Part shown: positions 57,215-59,698 of the stretch, in pieces | How positions within the stretch are numbered: position 1 is the stretch's first letter | How the letters are laid out: each line of letters opens with the position of its first letter | Origin: a virus | Taxonomy: Duplodnaviria; Caudoviricetes | Length of the DNA: 59,698 nt | Direction: 5' to 3' (one strand) | Virus record (IMG/VR): IMGVR_UViG_3300037054_000205 | Span: 1-59,698 of that record | Made by a program: the position numbers and the translations under genes | Notes under the pieces: model-generated | The model's database searches: none | The model's input: the letters and a program-made list of their open reading frames with translations, nothing else | What the model was told of the DNA's origin: nothing

Positions 57215-57985
57215 ATGAGACTTCCGAAATTTCTTGCGACGTTCTTATTGATTTTGGTCCTGGCGTCAGGCGTGTTTGCCCAATCCACCCCGGCAGTGAA
57301 GTACCCAACGTCGAGCCAGTATTGGGTCGGCGTGACGGGCGGTGACTCATTCAACAACACGAATCTGGGAATTGAAGTTGGTTTAGAGAAGCCGTTTTCG
57401 AAGCGCTTCGCAATCAGCTTGACGGAACGTTTCCTGCCGCTAGAAACCAAACGTGCGCTGGGAACAGGTGATGCGAACATCGTCCGGGGTACGACATATG
57501 TCTGGTTGACTCCAAAGTTCGGTTTCGCGGCCAATGCGGAATTATCCAGCTACTCAATTTCGCAAGTCAATAAGGCGACCATCTATGTGTTCGGCGGACC
57601 TGTATGGCGCCATACCATATTTGGAGCCCCCGCGCGCCTGGAATTGGATTACGTCGGGCAAGTCGACAACCACTACATCAACCAATTCCTGGTCAACCAC
57701 AACTTGCAGACGGGCGGAATTGAACCCGGCCAGATGCAGGGCGCTCGATTTGCGCTGAACCTTCGAGCCGGATGTTTCTCAAACTTCTGCGTTAATATCA
57801 ATGAGGAATATTCCCTCGGAAGGGTTTTGACGCAAGGCAACCCAATTTGTGACGGCACCATTGGGAACGGCAGTCAAGCCGGAATTGCCTCCTGCCCGCG
57901 CGGTAGCGGTATCTCGGGAAGCGTGGCGGCATCCGTCCGCTTCGTGTTTCCGCGACCTCGTGGTCACGAAAACGATTTGTTCTAA
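57215..57985 (+). CDS. exported protein, possibly an outer-membrane beta-barrel
   Basis: Signal peptide ending VFA-Q; alternating amphipathic strands; GAGGAG RBS. Confidence 0.65.
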   Translation: MRLPKFLATFLLILVLASGVFAQSTPAVKYPTSSQYWVGVTGGDSFNNTNLGIEVGLEKPFSKRFAISLTERFLPLETKRALGTGDANIVRGTTYVWLTPKFGFAANAELSSYSISQVNKATIYVFGGPVWRHTIFGAPARLELDYVGQVDNHYINQFLVNHNLQTGGIEPGQMQGARFALNLRAGCFSNFCVNINEEYSLGRVLTQGNPICDGTIGNGSQAGIASCPRGSGISGSVAASVRFVFPRPRGHENDLF

Positions 57986-58049
57986 GTTTGCAACCTAAAG
58001 GGGGCGGTAAATCGCACGTCGCCGCCCCCATCTAATCTTCTGTGAGGAG

Positions 58050-58250
58050 ATGGAAATGGGCCACAACGTTGGAGATCAAGCAAATCGAGCGGTGAAAGCG
58101 GGAGAGCGAAAGGCGGCGGAAGAGAAGCGCACCCCCGAGGAAATCATTAAGGGGATTCGCGGAAATCTCGCGGCGCATCTGGCGGTCACGCCCAGCGACA
58201 CGCAGTTTTTGCTGGCGCAGTATGATGCTGCGGTAAAGTCCAATGTTTAA
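58050..58250 (+). CDS. hypothetical protein
   Basis: GAGGAG upstream. Confidence 0.6.
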   Translation: MEMGHNVGDQANRAVKAGERKAAEEKRTPEEIIKGIRGNLAAHLAVTPSDTQFLLAQYDAAVKSNV

Positions 58251-58440
58251 CATCCACATCGAAGTGCCGTCCGGTGCGGTCTCGCGGGGGTATGAGCGTG
58301 AGACCGAGGAAGAGGCTGTCAAGGTGTTCGAGCGCAATGTGGCGCAGATTAAGCCGTGGGACGGCATCGTCTGCGACGTCGTGATGACCGAAGAGGGTAA
58401 GGAAGTGAAGAGGGAGCATATCGACAATGGCTCACGATAA
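58243..58440 (+). CDS. hypothetical protein
   Basis: Overlapping operon arrangement. Confidence 0.6.
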   Translation: MFNIHIEVPSGAVSRGYERETEEEAVKVFERNVAQIKPWDGIVCDVVMTEEGKEVKREHIDNGSR

Positions 58441-58744
58441 GGCCGGGAACCGCATCTTTCGTAAAGTCCAGGTCCGGGTCATCTTCCCGGACGATATTTT
58501 TCCGCCGAAGCTGTTCACGCAGCGTGCCGGGCCGAAACAGGGATTTGGGGACTCAGGCAGAGCGGCAATGCTGGACCAGATTGCTGATCAACTCGACACA
58601 CTTTACCCGTACTGGGAATTCAATCTGACTGAACTCGCTCCTATCGGAAGTACGGCGAAATATGTGATGACATTTGCTGGGTATCGTCGCGCGGCGAACA
58701 CAGACCCCCAACTGGGGATGGACGACTCAAGGGTGAGCGTATGA
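58427..58744 (+). CDS. hypothetical protein
   Basis: GGGAG RBS. Confidence 0.65.
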   Translation: MAHDKAGNRIFRKVQVRVIFPDDIFPPKLFTQRAGPKQGFGDSGRAAMLDQIADQLDTLYPYWEFNLTELAPIGSTAKYVMTFAGYRRAANTDPQLGMDDSRVSV

Positions 58745-58908
58745 AGCGCGAACTTTATGATATATGGGAAGAGGCGGACCCCCTTGGCCATCCGAACCTC
58801 TGGCGGTGCCAGTTGATAAATTTTATTGCTAGTTTCCCCAGCCAGGAGTACGCCGAACGGTATGTCGCGGCTGTGAAGAAGACTCGGAAAGAACTGGGGC
58901 TCAAGTAA
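58741..58908 (+). CDS. small hypothetical protein (55 aa)
   Basis: Hand-translated MKRELYDIWEEADPLGHPNLWRCQL...; ATGA overlap. Confidence 0.6.
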   Translation: MKRELYDIWEEADPLGHPNLWRCQLINFIASFPSQEYAERYVAAVKKTRKELGLK

Positions 58909-59077
58909 GAGTGAATGGTGGGCGCCACCCGCAAAGCATAGGTCCGCATTTACAATCCACGCATGTAGTTTGAAACGGCTCCCAGCACAGAGTATTGAGG
59001 CAAGTCCACTCCGCCCCGCAGACTTTGCAGACGTGCGGCTGGCTCCAGGGGACCTCTTCGGAAAGTCGTTTCTTCAT
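58901..59077 (-). CDS. small Cys-rich protein (58 aa)
   Basis: MKKRLSEEVPWSQPHVCKVCGAEWTCLNTLCWEPFQTTCVDCKCGPMLCG...; TGA-TATACT extended -10 lies 7 nt upstream. Confidence 0.45.
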   Translation of the reverse strand: MKKRLSEEVPWSQPHVCKVCGAEWTCLNTLCWEPFQTTCVDCKCGPMLCGWRPPFTLT

Positions 59078-59102
59078 GCCCGCAAGTATATCATAAAATC
59101 CC

Positions 59103-59131
59103 TTGACAGGGTACTAGTACTTTGGTACTCT
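59103..59131 (+). promoter_or_regulatory. sigma70 promoter overlapped by palindrome AGTAC-TTTG-GTACT
   Basis: TTGACA-17bp-TACTCT; palindrome at 59116-59129; ATG 6 nt after the -10. Confidence 0.72.
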
Positions 59132-59137
59132 TGATTT

Positions 59138-59602
59138 ATGGCAAACTTCTCCATCGCCGTGGCTCTCACTCTTCAGCATGAAGGGGGCTATGTTGACAAT
59201 CCCGCCGACCCTGGCGGGGCGACGAACATGGGGATTACCCAGTACGATATGCCGGGGCAGGATATAAAGACCCTGAATGTGGCTCAGGCGACGGCCTATT
59301 ATTTAGAACACTACTGGAAACCCTTCTATTCGCAGATTTCCAATCAGGCGATTGCTTCCAAGCTCTTCGATCTCGGCGTCCTTTTCGGTGTCGGCACCGC
59401 CGTGAAAGTCCTTCAGGGAGTTTTATCGCTAGTTCAGGATGGGAATTTCGGTCCCGTCTCTTTGTCTGCGGTGAACGCGGCAGGCTCGGGTCTATTGTCG
59501 GGATATAAAAACGCTCTAAGCCAACACGCCGTAAACGTGGTAGCATCGAACCCCCGTGAGGCAATGTTTCTAGCGGGCTGGCAGCGGAGGATAAACTCTT
59601 AA
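59138..59602 (+). CDS. glycoside hydrolase family 108 endolysin
   Basis: HEGGYVDNPADPGGATNMGIT, DGNFGPVSL, FLAGWQRR. Confidence 0.93.
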   Translation: MANFSIAVALTLQHEGGYVDNPADPGGATNMGITQYDMPGQDIKTLNVAQATAYYLEHYWKPFYSQISNQAIASKLFDLGVLFGVGTAVKVLQGVLSLVQDGNFGPVSLSAVNAAGSGLLSGYKNALSQHAVNVVASNPREAMFLAGWQRRINS

Positions 59603-59623
59603 AGACTTTTTATTTCATAAGTG
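59601..59623 (+). promoter_or_regulatory. phage-specific (late) promoter-like motif
   Basis: AAAGAC-TTTTTATTT-CATAAGTG. Confidence 0.75.
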
Positions 59624-59698
59624 AAGACTATTTTGGCCCAGACGGAGGGCAAGGCTCATCAGTCAATTGGGGCTAATCAAACAAAAAGCCGTCGGACG

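Noticed and set aside
5483-59623. Recurrent AAGACTTT motif as a CRISPR repeat
   Set aside because: Copies are dispersed, degenerate and not separated by regular spacers; no cas genes

Overview
This window is a large part of a tailed dsDNA phage genome, probably podovirus-like since no tape-measure gene is visible. Nearly all genes are on the + strand. From left to right: a poorly coding leader with palindromic sites (1-1.6 kb); small hypothetical genes; a secreted trypsin-like protease; groEL and groES split by a GIY-YIG endonuclease; terminases, a lectin/Ig fibre-like protein, portal, scaffold and an N4-gp56-type major capsid; a glycosyltransferase, a CAT-anticodon tRNA and a histidine phosphatase; a 2776-aa multidomain protein; a ParB-like plus T5-A1-like cassette; a replication/recombination block (RecA, nucleotide hydrolases, PolA, ERF, SSB, UvrD, PD-(D/E)XK nuclease, primase-helicase); envelope proteins; and a GH108 lysin. 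The main highlights are: (1) the giant protein carries enzyme domains (zincin protease, radical SAM, GNAT, nucleotidyltransferase, DUF3293-like, glycosylase-like) separated by a recurring LQxG(E/F) linker, with two RBS-bearing genes nested out of frame directly after two of those domains; (2) the DNA polymerase appears to need a +1 shift at a prfB-like CTT-TGA-C site; (3) an 11-copy GAC-N9-CATAAGTG intergenic motif looks like a phage-specific late promoter. All family assignments come from recognising motifs by eye. No searches were run.
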